Positions 40,975 to 53,400 of a stretch of DNA of 64,000 bases are shown in pieces. The notes beneath the pieces are model-generated. The model did not search any database, had not been told where the DNA came from, and worked only from the letters and a program-made list of their open reading frames with translations. Every line of letters starts with the position of its first letter. Position 1 is the stretch's first letter. Position numbers and translations under genes: made by a program. Source of the DNA: an uncultured Pseudomonadota bacterium (GTDB taxonomy: Bacteria > Pseudomonadota > Gammaproteobacteria > Steroidobacterales > Steroidobacteraceae); NCBI GenBank assembly GCA_963832505.1, contig CAWHUD010000005.1, forward strand, positions 68,215 through 132,214. Direction: 5' to 3'.

Positions 40975-42445
40975 ATGCGTTGGGCGCGTCCAAAATCCCT
41001 GACCGGTCTCATGCTGCTGGGCCTGGCGCTGATCGCCGTGCCGCTGCTGGTGGCCGTGGTGGATGCCGCCATCCAGATCCGCAGCCTGACGAAGGCCAGC
41101 CAGGCGCTGGTGCTCGAAGGCGTGCAGGCCGCGCGCCTGTCGCAGAGCATGTTCGCCGACATCGCCTCGCTGGCAGCGCACGGCGCGCCTCTACCAGGTC
41201 CTGGGCGACACCAAGGTGCTCGACAGCTATCGCCAGCACCGACCAGCAGCCTGGCGGGCACGCGCGCGCAGCTGGCCTGCGCTGCTCGACGCCGACACCA
41301 CGCGCCGCAGCCTCGATGACTTCGCCGCCATGCACAACGAGATCGCCAGCGCGGTGAGCTCCACCCCGCCGAACAGTCCCGGCCTTCGCCGCCATCCTCG
41401 ACGCGCTTCGAGCGGCTCAGCGATCTCGCCAACGACATCGTCGACAGCGGCAACCAGCAGATCGACGTGCGGCTGGCGGAGCTGCAGCGGCAGACCGCCA
41501 GCACGCAGAAGCGGCTGTTCTGGCAGTCCGCGCTGCTGGTGCCGCTGACCCTGATCGCCATCCTGGCGCTGACCCTGTCCATCGGCCGGCCGCTGCGCGC
41601 CATCGACCGCGCCATCAGCGAGCTCGGCCGCGGCACGTTTTCGCGCTCGATCGAAGTGTCCGGTCCGCGCGACCTCGAGCGGCTCGGCGCGCAGCTCGAA
41701 TGGCTGCGGCTGCGCCTGCTCGACCTGGCGCAGGAAAGAAACCGGTTTCTGCGCCACATGTCGCACGAGCTCAAGACGCCGCTGGCCAACATCCGCGAGG
41801 GCGCGGAACTGCTCATGGACGGGGCGGTCGGACCCCTGGACAACTCCCAGCGCGAAGTGGTGGCCATCCTGCGCGACAACGGCATCAAGCTGCACCGGCT
41901 CATCGAAAACCTGCTGTCGTTCAGCGCCTGGCAGAAGGAAAGCGTCGGCCTCGACATTTCCGAGTTCCGGCTGCGGCCCGCTGGTCAAACAAGTTCTCGA
42001 AGCACAGCAACTCACGGTAGTCTCGCAACGCGTACGGCTCGAAGTGAAGGTCGACGACCTGACCCTGCAGGCCGATCGCGGCAAACTGCGCCTCATCATC
42101 GAAAACCTGCTGTCCAATGCCATCAAGTACTCGCCCAAGGGCGGCGCCGTCTATCTACATGCCGCCAAACAGGACACCCAGCTCGTGATCGACGTCGCGG
42201 ACGCCGGCGCCGGCATCCCGCCGGAGGAACGCGCGCGCGTGTTCGAGGCCTTCTATACCGGCCGGCCGCCGGCCGGCGTGCAGGTCAAGGGCACCGGCAT
42301 CGGTCTTTCCGTGGTGCTCGAGTTCGTGAACGCGCACGGTGGCACCATCGAGATCGTCGATGGTGAATACCCCGGAGCCCATTTCCGCATCCGCATGCCC
42401 TTGTTGTCGGCCACCAATCCCGTTCGGAGCAGGCGCATGCGGCAT
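40975..42445 (+). pseudogene. sensor histidine kinase, GlrK/QseE-like architecture (TM, periplasmic helical domain, TM, HAMP, HisKA, HATPase); about 3 frame changes as assembled
   Basis: MRWARPKSLTGLMLLGLALIAVPLLVAVV.., HAMP SIGRPLRAIDRAISELGRG, H-box FLRHMSHELKTPLANIREGAELL, N/G boxes IIENLLSNAIKYSPKGG..DAGAGIP..GTGIGLSVVLEFVNAHGG. The 3' end is approximate. Confidence 0.75.
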
Positions 42446-43074
42446 AAGCTCCCGCTGGCTTCGTCGGCGCCGTCCTGCTGGCCGCCTGCTGGCCGGCTGC
42501 GGCACCCTGCCGGCGAGCCGCTACGCGCGATACGCCGCCGCCGCTCGGTGGACCGCAACTCCACCGAAGCCACGGTCATTGCCGGTTACCTGGACGTCTG
42601 CCTGCGCGTGGCGCGGGGCTACGCCGGCCGAGCAGGCCGAGATCCTCGCCAACGCCAACAACGACTACCGCGCGGCACCCACGCCCAGCAGGGTGCTGCG
42701 TTATGCCATGGTGCTGTCGACGCCAGGCCACGCCGGCCACGATCCTGTCGTTGCGCAGCGACTTTTGCGCGAAGTACTCGCCAGCCCTGAGACTCTGCTG
42801 CCTGCGGAACGCGCTCTCGCGTTCCTGCAGCTGCAACAGGTCGAACGCCAGCAAGCCCTCCAGGCGGACGTGCGACGCCTGCAGACCGAACGCCGAAAGG
42901 ACCGCGAACGATCGGATCGCGCAACTGACGCGGCGCCTGACCACCGAGAGCGAAGAAAACGCCCGTCTCAAGAAGTTGCTCGCGGAAGCCCAGGCCAAGC
43001 TGGATGCCATCGCGAACATCGAACGCTCGTCCAACAACGGGCGCGCGCCGCAACCTGAGGGACGGAAACCGTAG
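42437..43074 (+). pseudogene. lipoprotein with C-terminal coiled coil lying between kinase and regulator (QseG/YfhG-like position); about 2-3 frame changes as assembled
   Basis: MRHKLPLA.., lipobox LLAGCGTL, ..AEQAEILANANNDYRAAPTPSRVLRYAMVLSTPGH..AFLQLQQVERQQALQADVRRLQTE / [45 protein letters not shown] (TAG 43072-43074). Confidence 0.5.
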
Positions 43075-43083
43075 AGGTTTCTG

Positions 43084-44456
43084 ATGCTAGCCGCCATGCA
43101 ACTCGCCGACTCCCCACCAACCGAAACGCAAGGCACGCATTCTCGTCGTCGACGACGATCCGGGCCTGCTGCGCCTGCTGACCATCCGCCTGCGCGCGGA
43201 GAACTACGAAGTCGAGGCCGTCGAAAGTGCGGCACTGGCGCTGGCCGCGACCAGCCGCTTCCGCCCCGAGCTCGTGATCACCGACCTGCGCATGGACCAG
43301 ATGGATGGCATCGGCCTGCTGAAGGAACTGCAGTCGCGCTATCCGGGCCTCAAGGTCATCATCCTCACGGCGCATGGCACGATTCCCGACGCCGTGCACG
43401 CCACGCAGCTCGGCGCCTTCGGCTTCCTCACCAAGCCGGTGGACAAGCAGGAACTGCTCGACCAGGTGCAGAAGGCCCTGCGCATCTCGGGCTTCATGGA
43501 TTCGGACGAGGACTGGCGCGCCGAGATCATCACGCGCTCCTCGCTGGTCGAAGAGAAACTTTCCCAGGCCCACATGGTGGCCGGCACCGACGCGCGCGTG
43601 CTCATCACCGGCGAGTAGCGGCACCGGCAAGGAACTGCTGGCGCGCGCCATCCACACCGCCAGTCCGCGCCGCACCAAGCCCTTCGTCGCCATCAACTGC
43701 TCGGCCATGGCCGAGAACCTGCTCGAGTCGGAGTTGTTCGGCCACATCAAGGGCTCGTTCACCGGCGCAGTGCGCGATCACCAGGGCCTGTTCCAGGCCG
43801 CCGACGGCGGCACGCTGCTGCTCGACGAAATCGGCGACATGCCGATGCGACTGCAGGTGAAGCTGCTGCGCGTCCTGCAGGAGAACAACATCCGCCCCAT
43901 CGGCGCCACGGATGCGATCCCGGTGAACGTGCGCGTGATCTCCGCCACGCATCGCGACCTGCAGCAGCTCATGATGAGCGGCCAGTTCCGCGAAGACCTC
44001 TACTACCGGCTCAACGTCGTGCACATCGACATGCCGCCGCTCAACCGCCGGCGCGAGGACATCCCGCTGCTGGTGTCGCATTTCCTCGCGCAGATCAGCA
44101 ACGAGAGCGGCGTGCGCAAGATCTACGCGCCGGAAGCCGTCGAGTTGCTGGCCACCGCCGACTGGCCGGGAAACATCCGCCAGCTGGCAAACGTGGTCCG
44201 GCAGAACGTCGCGCTGTCACAGACTCCCATCATCCCGGTGGAGCTGGTGCAGCAGTCGCTCGGCGGCACGCAGAGCAAGCTGCCCTCGTTCGACGAGGCG
44301 CGTGACGAATTCACGCGTTCCTACCTGTCGCAGATCCTGCAGATCACCGGCGGCAACGTCAGCCAGGCGGCACGCCTCGCCAAGCGCAACCGCACGGACT
44401 TCTACAAGCTGCTGTCACGCCACCAGCTGACGCCGGAAGACTTCAAGGGTCGCTAG
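43084..44456 (+). pseudogene. sigma-54-dependent Fis-family response regulator (GlrR/QseF-like); about 2 frame changes as assembled
   Basis: Receiver [43 protein letters not shown]+ domain [19 protein letters not shown]-type [31 protein letters not shown]. Fis-type [27 protein letters not shown]. Confidence 0.85.
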
Positions 44457-44481
44457 AGCGAAGCTGACTCTTAGCCTCATG

Positions 44482-44510
44482 AACGCCGCCCCTTCAGGGC
44501 GGCGTTTTCC
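44482..44510 (+). terminator. intrinsic-terminator-like hairpin AACGCCGCCC-CTTCA-GGGCGGCGTT followed by TTTTCC, shared by the convergent glrR-like and EEP genes
   Basis: 10-bp GC-rich perfect stem at 44482-44491 / 44497-44506, followed by a T-run. It lies 26 nt after the regulator stop. The EEP gene stop (44494-44496) sits in the loop. Confidence 0.7.
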
Positions 44511-45550
44511 GTTGTGGCGCGTGAGCGCCTGGCAATACCAAATCATAGATCGTGGCGAAGTGATCGGACCCCTGGCTCTCGCCGACGCTCACACCTTCAA
44601 TGCCAATCGCGCCCGCGACGAGGCAGTGATCGATGCGGATGCGCAGTATTGCGGGCAGATCCGGAATTCCAGCTCGGCAACCAGCCCTGTCCCCGCGCGC
44701 AATCCCGAACGCCGGGATTTTCCAGCAGATCCCGATAGTGGCTCGACCACGGCGTGACATTGAAATCGCCCACCACCACGCAGGCTCCTCGACACTCGGC
44801 AAGCTCACGGCCCAGCGCCGCGAGCTGGGCGTTGCGCACCCGTGCCGACTCCGGCACTACCGGCCAATAGAGATGAGCGCCATACAGTCGCAGGCGCCGA
44901 TCGCCGAGATCGACGTCGGCGCGCACCGCTAGCACCAGGCCATCGCGCGTCGCGAGCTGCGGCGCGATCAGTGGCCAGCGACTCAGCATCAGCACGTCGG
45001 GCGCCAGCGGATCTTCGCGCGGATATCGATGCGCCAGGCGCGGCAGCAACGCGGTCTATCCGGTCCGCGTTGGTCCGCGTCATTTCCTGGAACACCACGA
45101 TGTCGGCTTGCAGGGACTCGAGATAGGCGGCGACGCGTGCCATGTCGCCATTGGCCACATGCACGTTGAACGACACCAGTCGCACGCTGCGTGCACCTGC
45201 CACCGGCGACGATCGGGAGCCGGCGAACGCGTCATACATCGGCCAAAGGTTGAGCGCCAGGCCCACGGCCGCAACGCCGGCGACCCGCCAGCTGCGCGAC
45301 ACTGCGGCGGCGGCGAACGCGACTGACAACAGCAACGCGTAGTGGGTGCGGAAATTGACCAGCAAGTCGCAGAACCAGGACCAGCGCCCGGCGAATGCGA
45401 GCAAGGTGGCCACACACACCACGCCGGTATAGAACGCCAGTGGCCGCGCAACAACGCCGCGCAGGCGCTCGAACTTGCTGTCAATCTGCGTGGCGGGAAT
45501 AACTTGTCCCCGGTTCAGGTCGCTGGAACGAAGCCACTCATCGTTTGCAT
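44494..45550 (-). pseudogene. membrane-anchored endonuclease/exonuclease/phosphatase (EEP) family protein; about 3 frame changes as assembled
   Basis: N-terminal TM segments (LAFYTGVVCVATLLAFAG.., HYALLLSVAFAAAAV..). VRLVSFNVHVANGD, IVVFQEMT, VVVGDFNVTPWSS, IRIDHCLV, SQGSDHFATIYDL. Stitched from ORFs 44805-45608, 44597-45049 and 44494-44808. Confidence 0.7.
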
Positions 45551-45588
45551 GAACGCCGCCGCAAGGCGGCATTTTCCGTTGTGGAGCG
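45548..45588. repeat. second copy of the terminator-like element (CATGAACGCCGCC-GCAA-GGCGGCATTTTCCGTTGTGGAGCG)
   Basis: Direct repeat of 44478-44521 (CATGAACGCCGCC-CCTTCAG-GGCGGCGTTTTCCGTTGTGGCGCG). The flanks and stem are conserved and the loop differs. It lies between the EEP gene start and the stop of the sugar transferase gene. Confidence 0.7.
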
Positions 45589-45597
45589 CAGCTCCTT

Positions 45598-46972
45598 TCA
45601 ACGCGCACCCTTGCCGAGCAGCACGACTTCCGCCGTCTGCGCGAGCACCATGAAGTCGAACAGCAGGCTGTGGTTCTTCACGTAATAGAGGTCGTACTGC
45701 AGCTTCTCGAGCGCGTCGCGCTCGGAAGCACCATAGGGATAACAGAGCTGCGCCCAGCCGGTGATGCCGGGTTTCACCCAGTGGCGCTCGCTGTAGTAAG
45801 GAATGGTCTCGGAGAGTTGCGCGACGAACTCGGGCCGCTCGGGCCGCGGGCCGACGAAGCTCATGTCGCCCTTGAGCACATTGAAGATCTGCGGCAATTC
45901 GTCGATGCGCAGCTTGCGGATCACCGCCCCGACGCGCGTGACGCGCGCATCGCCGGCCGTGGCCCACACCGCGCCGTTCTTCTCGGCGTCCACGCGCATG
46001 CTGCGGAACTTGATGACGTCGAACACGCTGCCGCGGAATCCGACGCGCTTCTGCCGGTAGAACACCGGGAAGCCGCTCTCTGCCACGATCGCGATCGCGG
46101 TGAGCAACATGACGGGTGACGCCAGCACCAGCAGCAGCAGGCTCGCGCAGAAGTCGAAAATCCGTTCCGAGTAGCGCCGCATCGCATCGCGTCGGAATCC
46201 GCTGCCGAAGATCAGCCAGCTGGGATTGAGCACCTCGAGGTGGACCTTGCCGGTCTCGCGCTCGAGGAAGGTCACGATGTCGGTGATCTCGATGCCATCC
46301 AGCCGGCATTCGAGCAGCTCGGCCACCGGGAAATTGCGCCGCCGGTCATCCATCGCGATGACGATCTCGTCGATTTCGTTCGCATGCGCGTATGCCAGCA
46401 ATGAGCCGGCCGGTGTAACCACCTGCTCAGGTGCAACCTCGAGCTCTTCGTCGAGCGCCTGGATGTAGCCGAACACCTTGAATCCGCGGCGATCCGAGCG
46501 GCGACGCAATGCGGCAATGCTTTGCGCGCGCACACCGCTGCCGAACACCAGCACCTTGCGACGGAAAATATCGTCGTTGATGAAGCGACTGATGATGGCC
46601 ACGATGATGCTCGACACCACCGCGGCCAGCAGCGTGACGAGCAGTATGGTGCGGCCGCCCATCTCGCCGAGACTGGTCATGCGCGAGATCAGGTAGGTGA
46701 TCAGCCCGGCGCACAGGGTGCCTGCGAATGCCCGCATGCCGAGTCCCGCGAGATTGGCGCGTTGCCGGCGGCTGAACAGCCCCAGCGCCCATGTGGCTGC
46801 CAGGCCGATGGCCGAGAACAGAATCGCGAACTCGAATACCAGAAAATCGCGCAGTTCACCCGAACCCCAGATGATCGCCTCGATCGGCGTATGGCGCGCC
46901 CCACAGCACGCCCACGAAGCACAGCGCCATCACGATCAGCGGGGGATGCCAGACGACTCCGAATACTCGCAT
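45598..46972 (-). pseudogene. polyprenyl-phosphate glycosyl-1-phosphate (priming) transferase, EpsB / PEP-CTERM-associated sugar transferase type; one frame change as assembled
   Basis: N-terminal TM region, central Rossmann-like part (KVLVFGSGVRAQSI). C-terminal bacterial sugar transferase domain: FYRQKRVGFRGSVFDVIKFRSMRVDAE, RKLRIDELPQIFNVLKGDMSFVGPRPERP, GITGWAQ. Frame change near 46880. Confidence 0.85.
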
Positions 46973-46982
46973 CGCGGAATCC

Positions 46983-47854
46983 TCAGGCTGCCGCGCGTGC
47001 CGGCGCGTCGATGCGCAAGCCCGCAAGCACGTCGCGCATCGGCGCGAACGGGAATTCCGAGAGCAGCTGCCGCAGACGCTGCTCGCAGCGTGACAGGTTG
47101 GTGTAATGGCGCAGCCGGGACTTCCAGCCCGCGTTCACTCGCGGCTGGTCGGCATCGATTTCCCAGGGATGCAGGTAGAACACGAAAGGCCGCTGATCGC
47201 GCTCGTTGATGCGCCTGAGCGACGAACGCGTGAGCCAGTAGGGGAAGATGCGGAAATATCCGCCACCCGATACCGGCAGTCGAAAAGCGCCCCAGCGCGC
47301 GACCGACATCGGAAACTCGACCAGCGTGCGGCCCGACGGCGCCTTGATCTCGTACGGCTCGAGCGACGCGTCGGGAATACCGTAGTTGTCGTGATGTACC
47401 GGGAACACGCTCGAGTCGTAGCGGAAGCCCGCGTCGATGAGATCATCGAGCGCCCACAGCGACGACTTCACGATGGAGAAGCTGGCAGCGCGGTAACCGA
47501 GCACCGGCGTTGCCGATGAGATCTTCCAGCAACTGCTTCGAGCGGCGCGTTTCGTTGCGGAACTCTTCCTGGCGTCTGCTTGTAGATCAGCTTGTGGCTC
47601 ATGCCGTGGCAGGCGATCTCGTGGCCGGCGGCGGCGATCTCGCGGATCAGCTGCGGCGAGCGCTCGGCGATCCAGCCCAGGATGAAGAAAGTACCGTGCA
47701 CCTTTTTCTCTTCGAGCAATCCCAGCAGACGATGCACGTTGCGCTCACAGCGGTACTCCATGTCGGGCCAGCTTTCGCGCGGGATCACGCGGGATAGTGC
47801 CTCGACCTGGAAATAGTCTTCGACGTCGATGGTGAATGCGTTGGTGGGTGACAT
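46983..47854 (-). pseudogene. polysaccharide deacetylase family protein (PEP-CTERM-locus subfamily type); about 2 frame changes as assembled
   Basis: [25 protein letters not shown].., [97 protein letters not shown]. Confidence 0.8.
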
Positions 47855-47866
47855 TCGACTGGTCCT

Positions 47867-49263
<1,397 letters not shown>

Positions 49264-49267
<4 letters not shown>

Positions 49268-49972
49268 CGCGAGGTCCTGCGGCCGCGTGCGCGCCCGGGC
49301 TGCGGCGCTGCTTCCCCGCCGAACAGCAGCTTGCGCGAATAGAACGCCTCGGCATAACCGCTGGGCGCATTGCATTCGATGCCGCGCAGCCGCATCAGGC
49401 CCTCGAAGGTCGAAGGCGTGAACCAGCGCCGGCTGCGCTGGGTCGCGAAGACCTTCATGAGATGCGCCACCTTGCGGCGAACCATGGCGCGCGTGAGCGG
49501 CACGAATACCGACGGCGAACCGAGGCCGCCGTCGAATTTCGGGATCTCGTATTCGAGCACCACGTGATTGCGGAACGTGTTCCAGGTGAGCTCGCCGACG
49601 ACGCGATGGTCCTGGTGCAGCTCTTCACGGCAGTGCGTGAAGACCACGTCCGGCTGGATGCGACTTGAGCGTTTCGAAATAGTCCTTGATGGCGGCGAAT
49701 TCGGCCGGGAAATAACTGCCGCGAAAATTCGCGATGCGCACGTTCTGTGCACGGAAGGCCTTGCCCAGCAGCAGCCGCGCGCTGTCGCTGGCCTCACGAT
49801 CGCGCAGCTCTTCGCCGTTGAGGACCACCCAGTGCACCTGCGCGCGCGGGTAACGCCGCAGCAGCTCCTGAACGGTGCCGCCGCAGCCGATCTCGATGTC
49901 GTCGCTGTGCGCGCCGATGAACAGCAGCACCGGCGGACGGCTGCGAGGCAGCTGGAGGTCGAAGCTCAGCAT
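49264..49972 (-). pseudogene. PIG-L/LmbE-family deacetylase; one frame change as assembled
   Basis: VLLFIGAHSDDIEIGCGG (AHxDD motif), then after a frame change near 49665, DVVFTHCREELHQDHR (HxDH). The stop overlaps the prsR ATG (ATGA 49264-49267). The start overlaps the rfbF stop. Confidence 0.75.
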
Positions 49973-50754
49973 CCGTTCCTGCGCCACAACATCCAGGGAC
50001 ACTTGCCCTGGGCTTCCATGCGGTCGTAGGTGATCTTGTCCTTGAACGTATCCATCTGCTGCCAGAAGCCGCGATAGCGGTTCACGCCGAGCAGTCGCTT
50101 CTCGATCAGCCGCTGGAACGGAGCCTCGACCAGTTCATCGCCTTCCTTGATGTAGTCGAAGATCTGCGGGCGCATCACGAAGTAGCCCGCATTGATCATG
50201 AGCTGTGCAGAATCGGTCAGCGCTCCAAACGAAGTCACCACACCCTCTTCGGCCGCCTGCAGCGCGTGGAAGCTGCCACCGGTCGGAACCGCAACGAAGC
50301 TCGCCACCAGCTTGCGCTTGCTGAACTCGTCGATGTGTTCGTTCAGTGGCAGGTCCGTCAGCGCATCGGCGTAGTTGGCGAGGAACATCTCCTCGCCCTC
50401 GAGGTACTTGCGCACCCGCGACAGGCGCGTACCGATGTTCGAGTGCATGCCGGTGTCGACGAAGGTGATGCGCCAGTCATCCAGGTCGCGCGCCAGCAGC
50501 TCGATGTTCTTGCCTCCGCCGGACATCACGAAGTCGTTGGACAGCGCTTCGTTGTAGTTGAGGAAGTACTCGCGGATCAGGTCACCGCGATAACCCAGCG
50601 CCAGGATGAAATCCTTGTGGCCGAAATGCGCGTAATAACGCATCAGGTGCCAGAGGATGGGCCGCGTGCCGATGTTCACGAGCGGCTTCGGAATAGTGTC
50701 CGAATGCTCGCGTAATCGCGTGCCGAGACCTCCACAGAACAGGACTACTTTCAT
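49966..50754 (-). CDS. rfbF: glucose-1-phosphate cytidylyltransferase
   Basis: Intact 262 aa. MKVVLFCGGLGTRLREHSDTIPKPLVNIGTRPILWHLMRYYAHFGHKDFILALGYRGDLIREYFLNY..WRITFVDTG..GFWQQMDTFKDK. Full-length RfbF pattern. Confidence 0.85.
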   Translation of the reverse strand: MKVVLFCGGLGTRLREHSDTIPKPLVNIGTRPILWHLMRYYAHFGHKDFILALGYRGDLIREYFLNYNEALSNDFVMSGGGKNIELLARDLDDWRITFVDTGMHSNIGTRLSRVRKYLEGEEMFLANYADALTDLPLNEHIDEFSKRKLVASFVAVPTGGSFHALQAAEEGVVTSFGALTDSAQLMINAGYFVMRPQIFDYIKEGDELVEAPFQRLIEKRLLGVNRYRGFWQQMDTFKDKITYDRMEAQGKCPWMLWRRNGC

Positions 50755-50763
50755 GCGCGGGCC

Positions 50764-52090
50764 CTAGTTGAATCGCCGGTAGACAGGCTTGATGGAACGG
50801 CCGGTCAGGTATTTCTCGACGCCCTCTTCGAGCGCTTTCTTGTAGACCACCAGCGACTTCGCCACCGCCGCGATCGACGCATCGACATCCGCGTCGGTGT
50901 GCGAATAGCTGATGATGAAGTTGGGCGCGAGCAGCCCGTTGCGCAGCGACTGCTGCAGGAACAGGGTGCGGAAGGGCTGCGATGGCTTCTTGTCGGGGCC
51001 ACGCGTGCCGTACAACAACGAGCAGTCACGACCGTCGATGGTGAAGTAGTCCTGCAGGCCGAGATCGGCCACCTTCGCAAGCACACCTTCGCGCAGACGC
51101 TTGCCCTGGCGGTGCAGCGTACCGGTGACGTCGTTCTCGTTGTAGAACTGGATGATGCGGCGCGCCGCGGCCAGCGAGGCCGACTCGGCACCATGGGTGG
51201 TCGACAGCAGGAACACACGCTCACGCTCGGTCCGCAGGCCACCGAGCTCCATGAATTCGCGCTTGCCGGCCAGTGCCGAGATCGGCATGCCATTGCCCAG
51301 TGCCTTGCCGAAGGTCGACAGGTCCGGCTCGATGTCATACATGGCCTGTGCGCCGCCCTTGTCCCAACGCAGCCCGGTGACCATTTCGTCGACGATGAAC
51401 AACGCGCCGTTCTTGTGGGCGACGTCGCGCAACTTCTGCAGGAAACCGTCTTTCGGAGGCGAAGTGCGCTCGGCCTCGAGCAGCACGGCGCAGATTTCGT
51501 TGGGATTCTCGGCGAACAGTTTCTCGACGCTGGCGATGTCGTTGTAACGGAAGGTCAGCGTCTCGGCCTTGCGGCTCTCGGGAATGCCGCCCGGAATGCC
51601 GGTGGAGACCATGAACCAGTCGTTGTACGAGAAGAACGGATGGTCGGCGCAGATGGCGACCTTGACGCGGCCGGTATGCGCGCGCGCCAGCTTGATGGCC
51701 GCGGTGAGCACCGTGGATCCGTCCTTGGCGAACTTCACCATGTCGGCGCGCGGATGCAGCGCGAGGAATTCCTCGGCGACCTGCACTTCGAGCAGCGCCG
51801 GGCGGTTGAAATTGAGGCCGTACTTGAGCTGCTCGGTGACCGCTGCGTTGACCGGGATCGAACGCGTGGCCGAGAGTCACGGCGCGCAGGCCCATCCCGT
51901 ACTCGATGTACTCGCGGTCCTGCGTGTCCCACACGTGGCAGCCCTTGCCGCGCACGATGAAATCAGGCGCGTCCGCCGGGTACTGATCGTCACCCTTCGC
52001 GTAGGTGTGGCAGCCGCCGGGAATCAGGCGATGGGCCTTCTCCTGCAGAGTCTCTTCGGGTTCGATTTTCGGAGCCGGCTTGGTGTTCAT
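50764..52090 (-). pseudogene. class-III (glutamate-1-semialdehyde aminomutase-like) PLP-dependent aminotransferase; one frame change as assembled
   Basis: AHRLIPGGCHTYAKG..FIVRGKGCHVWDTQDREYIEYGMGLRAVTLGH, then after a frame change near 51860, VKFAKDGSTVLTAAIKLAR.., FIVDEMVTGLRW, and TFGKALGNGMPISA (PLP-Lys). Confidence 0.75.
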
Positions 52091-53400
52091 GAAACCTTCT
52101 TGAGCGGAGTCGCGCTCTTCGGGGCGAAATGCGTGATCTGTTCGGCGCGCAGCCGGTCGCAGAGACGATCCTTGGGCAGCTCGACGTCGGCGTAGGTCAG
52201 CGGCTGGTCCTTGGGGATGTCGCGCTTGAGCTTGCAGTCCAGCGAAATGGCAATGGGTAGATAGTCCGCGTCGCGGCAGACGTCGTATCTCTCCACCAGA
52301 CCGTAGCAGGTGAATCCGCCCATGCCGTCGAGGCGCTCACCGGCCTTGAGGTCGCGCTTGGCGTGCGAAATCGTGTCGCAGGCCGGCGCGCCGCGCGGCG
52401 CAATGGTGGCGTCGTGGAACAACACGGCGCGCGCCACGCTGTGCGGCAACTGCCAGGGCGGCAGGTGATAGGGCGTGACGAACATGTGCAACGGCCCCGC
52501 ACCCATCTTGAGATAGCCCATGAGCTTCTGCTTGAGCGGATGGTCGTTGTAACAGATGACGAATGCGCCGGTATGCGGCTCGGCGCCGAGTGCAAAGTCG
52601 ACCAGTCCGCCGTTCGCGAAATCATCCATCGTGAATTTTGTCAGCAGATCGCGCACGTTCGGCACGGCGTGGCCATACATGCCGCGCTTGCCCGGCACGA
52701 AGCCCGTGGCGTTGCCGGTGATGGCCGCCTCCAGCGCGAGCTTGGAACCGTCGGCGAACGAGGACAGCACCGTGGGGTTCTGCCCGAGCTTCGCGGCGAA
52801 TTCCTGCTGCGTCTCGGGATTACGGTAGTGATTGAGGAAGCCCTTGAGCTGCCCCAGCATCATGGGCTTGTATCCCATGCTGTCGACGAAGCGGTACAGG
52901 TTCATGCCCACGCCCGGCTCGTCACCGTCGGTGTAGGTGTACACCACGCCGGCGCGGTCGGCGTAGGTCTTGAGGATGGGGCCGATGGAGCCGTCGACCT
53001 CGGCGTTGAGCAGGATGAGATGTTTGCCGTGCTTGAGTGACTCGAAGCTCACACGCGTGCCGTGTTCGATGTCACCCGTGCACTCGATGACAGCTTCCAC
53101 CTGCCCGGCCTGGCAGACCAGCATGGCGTCGTCGGTGACCGCGAAGCGTTTCGCGGTGATGGCGTTTTCCAGCTCCTGCACCGAGCTCACGCGTTTCGTT
53201 TCGGTGATGCCGGCCTCTTCGTAGACCTTCTCGGCCTTGGTGATCGTGCGGTTCGCGACGACCACCAGCCGCATGCCGGGGAACGCAGTCACGATCTGCA
53301 GCGCGATGCAACGCGCCATGTAACCGCCACCGACGAGCGCGACCCGGATCGGTCCGCTGGTCTCGAGGCGTTTTGCCAATGCTGTATCTACGAGGATCAT
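52087..53400 (-). CDS. NAD(P)-dependent oxidoreductase with C-terminal SAF domain (homoserine-dehydrogenase-like, COG4091-type)
   Basis: Intact from MILVDTALAK (ATG 53400, ATGA overlap with the upstream gene). Rossmann motif IRVALVGGGYMARCIALQIV. C-terminal SAF-like DTISHAKRDLKAGERLDGMGGFTCYG. The 591-aa track ORF extends upstream spuriously. Confidence 0.65.
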   Translation of the reverse strand: MILVDTALAKRLETSGPIRVALVGGGYMARCIALQIVTAFPGMRLVVVANRTITKAEKVYEEAGITETKRVSSVQELENAITAKRFAVTDDAMLVCQAGQVEAVIECTGDIEHGTRVSFESLKHGKHLILLNAEVDGSIGPILKTYADRAGVVYTYTDGDEPGVGMNLYRFVDSMGYKPMMLGQLKGFLNHYRNPETQQEFAAKLGQNPTVLSSFADGSKLALEAAITGNATGFVPGKRGMYGHAVPNVRDLLTKFTMDDFANGGLVDFALGAEPHTGAFVICYNDHPLKQKLMGYLKMGAGPLHMFVTPYHLPPWQLPHSVARAVLFHDATIAPRGAPACDTISHAKRDLKAGERLDGMGGFTCYGLVERYDVCRDADYLPIAISLDCKLKRDIPKDQPLTYADVELPKDRLCDRLRAEQITHFAPKSATPLKKVS

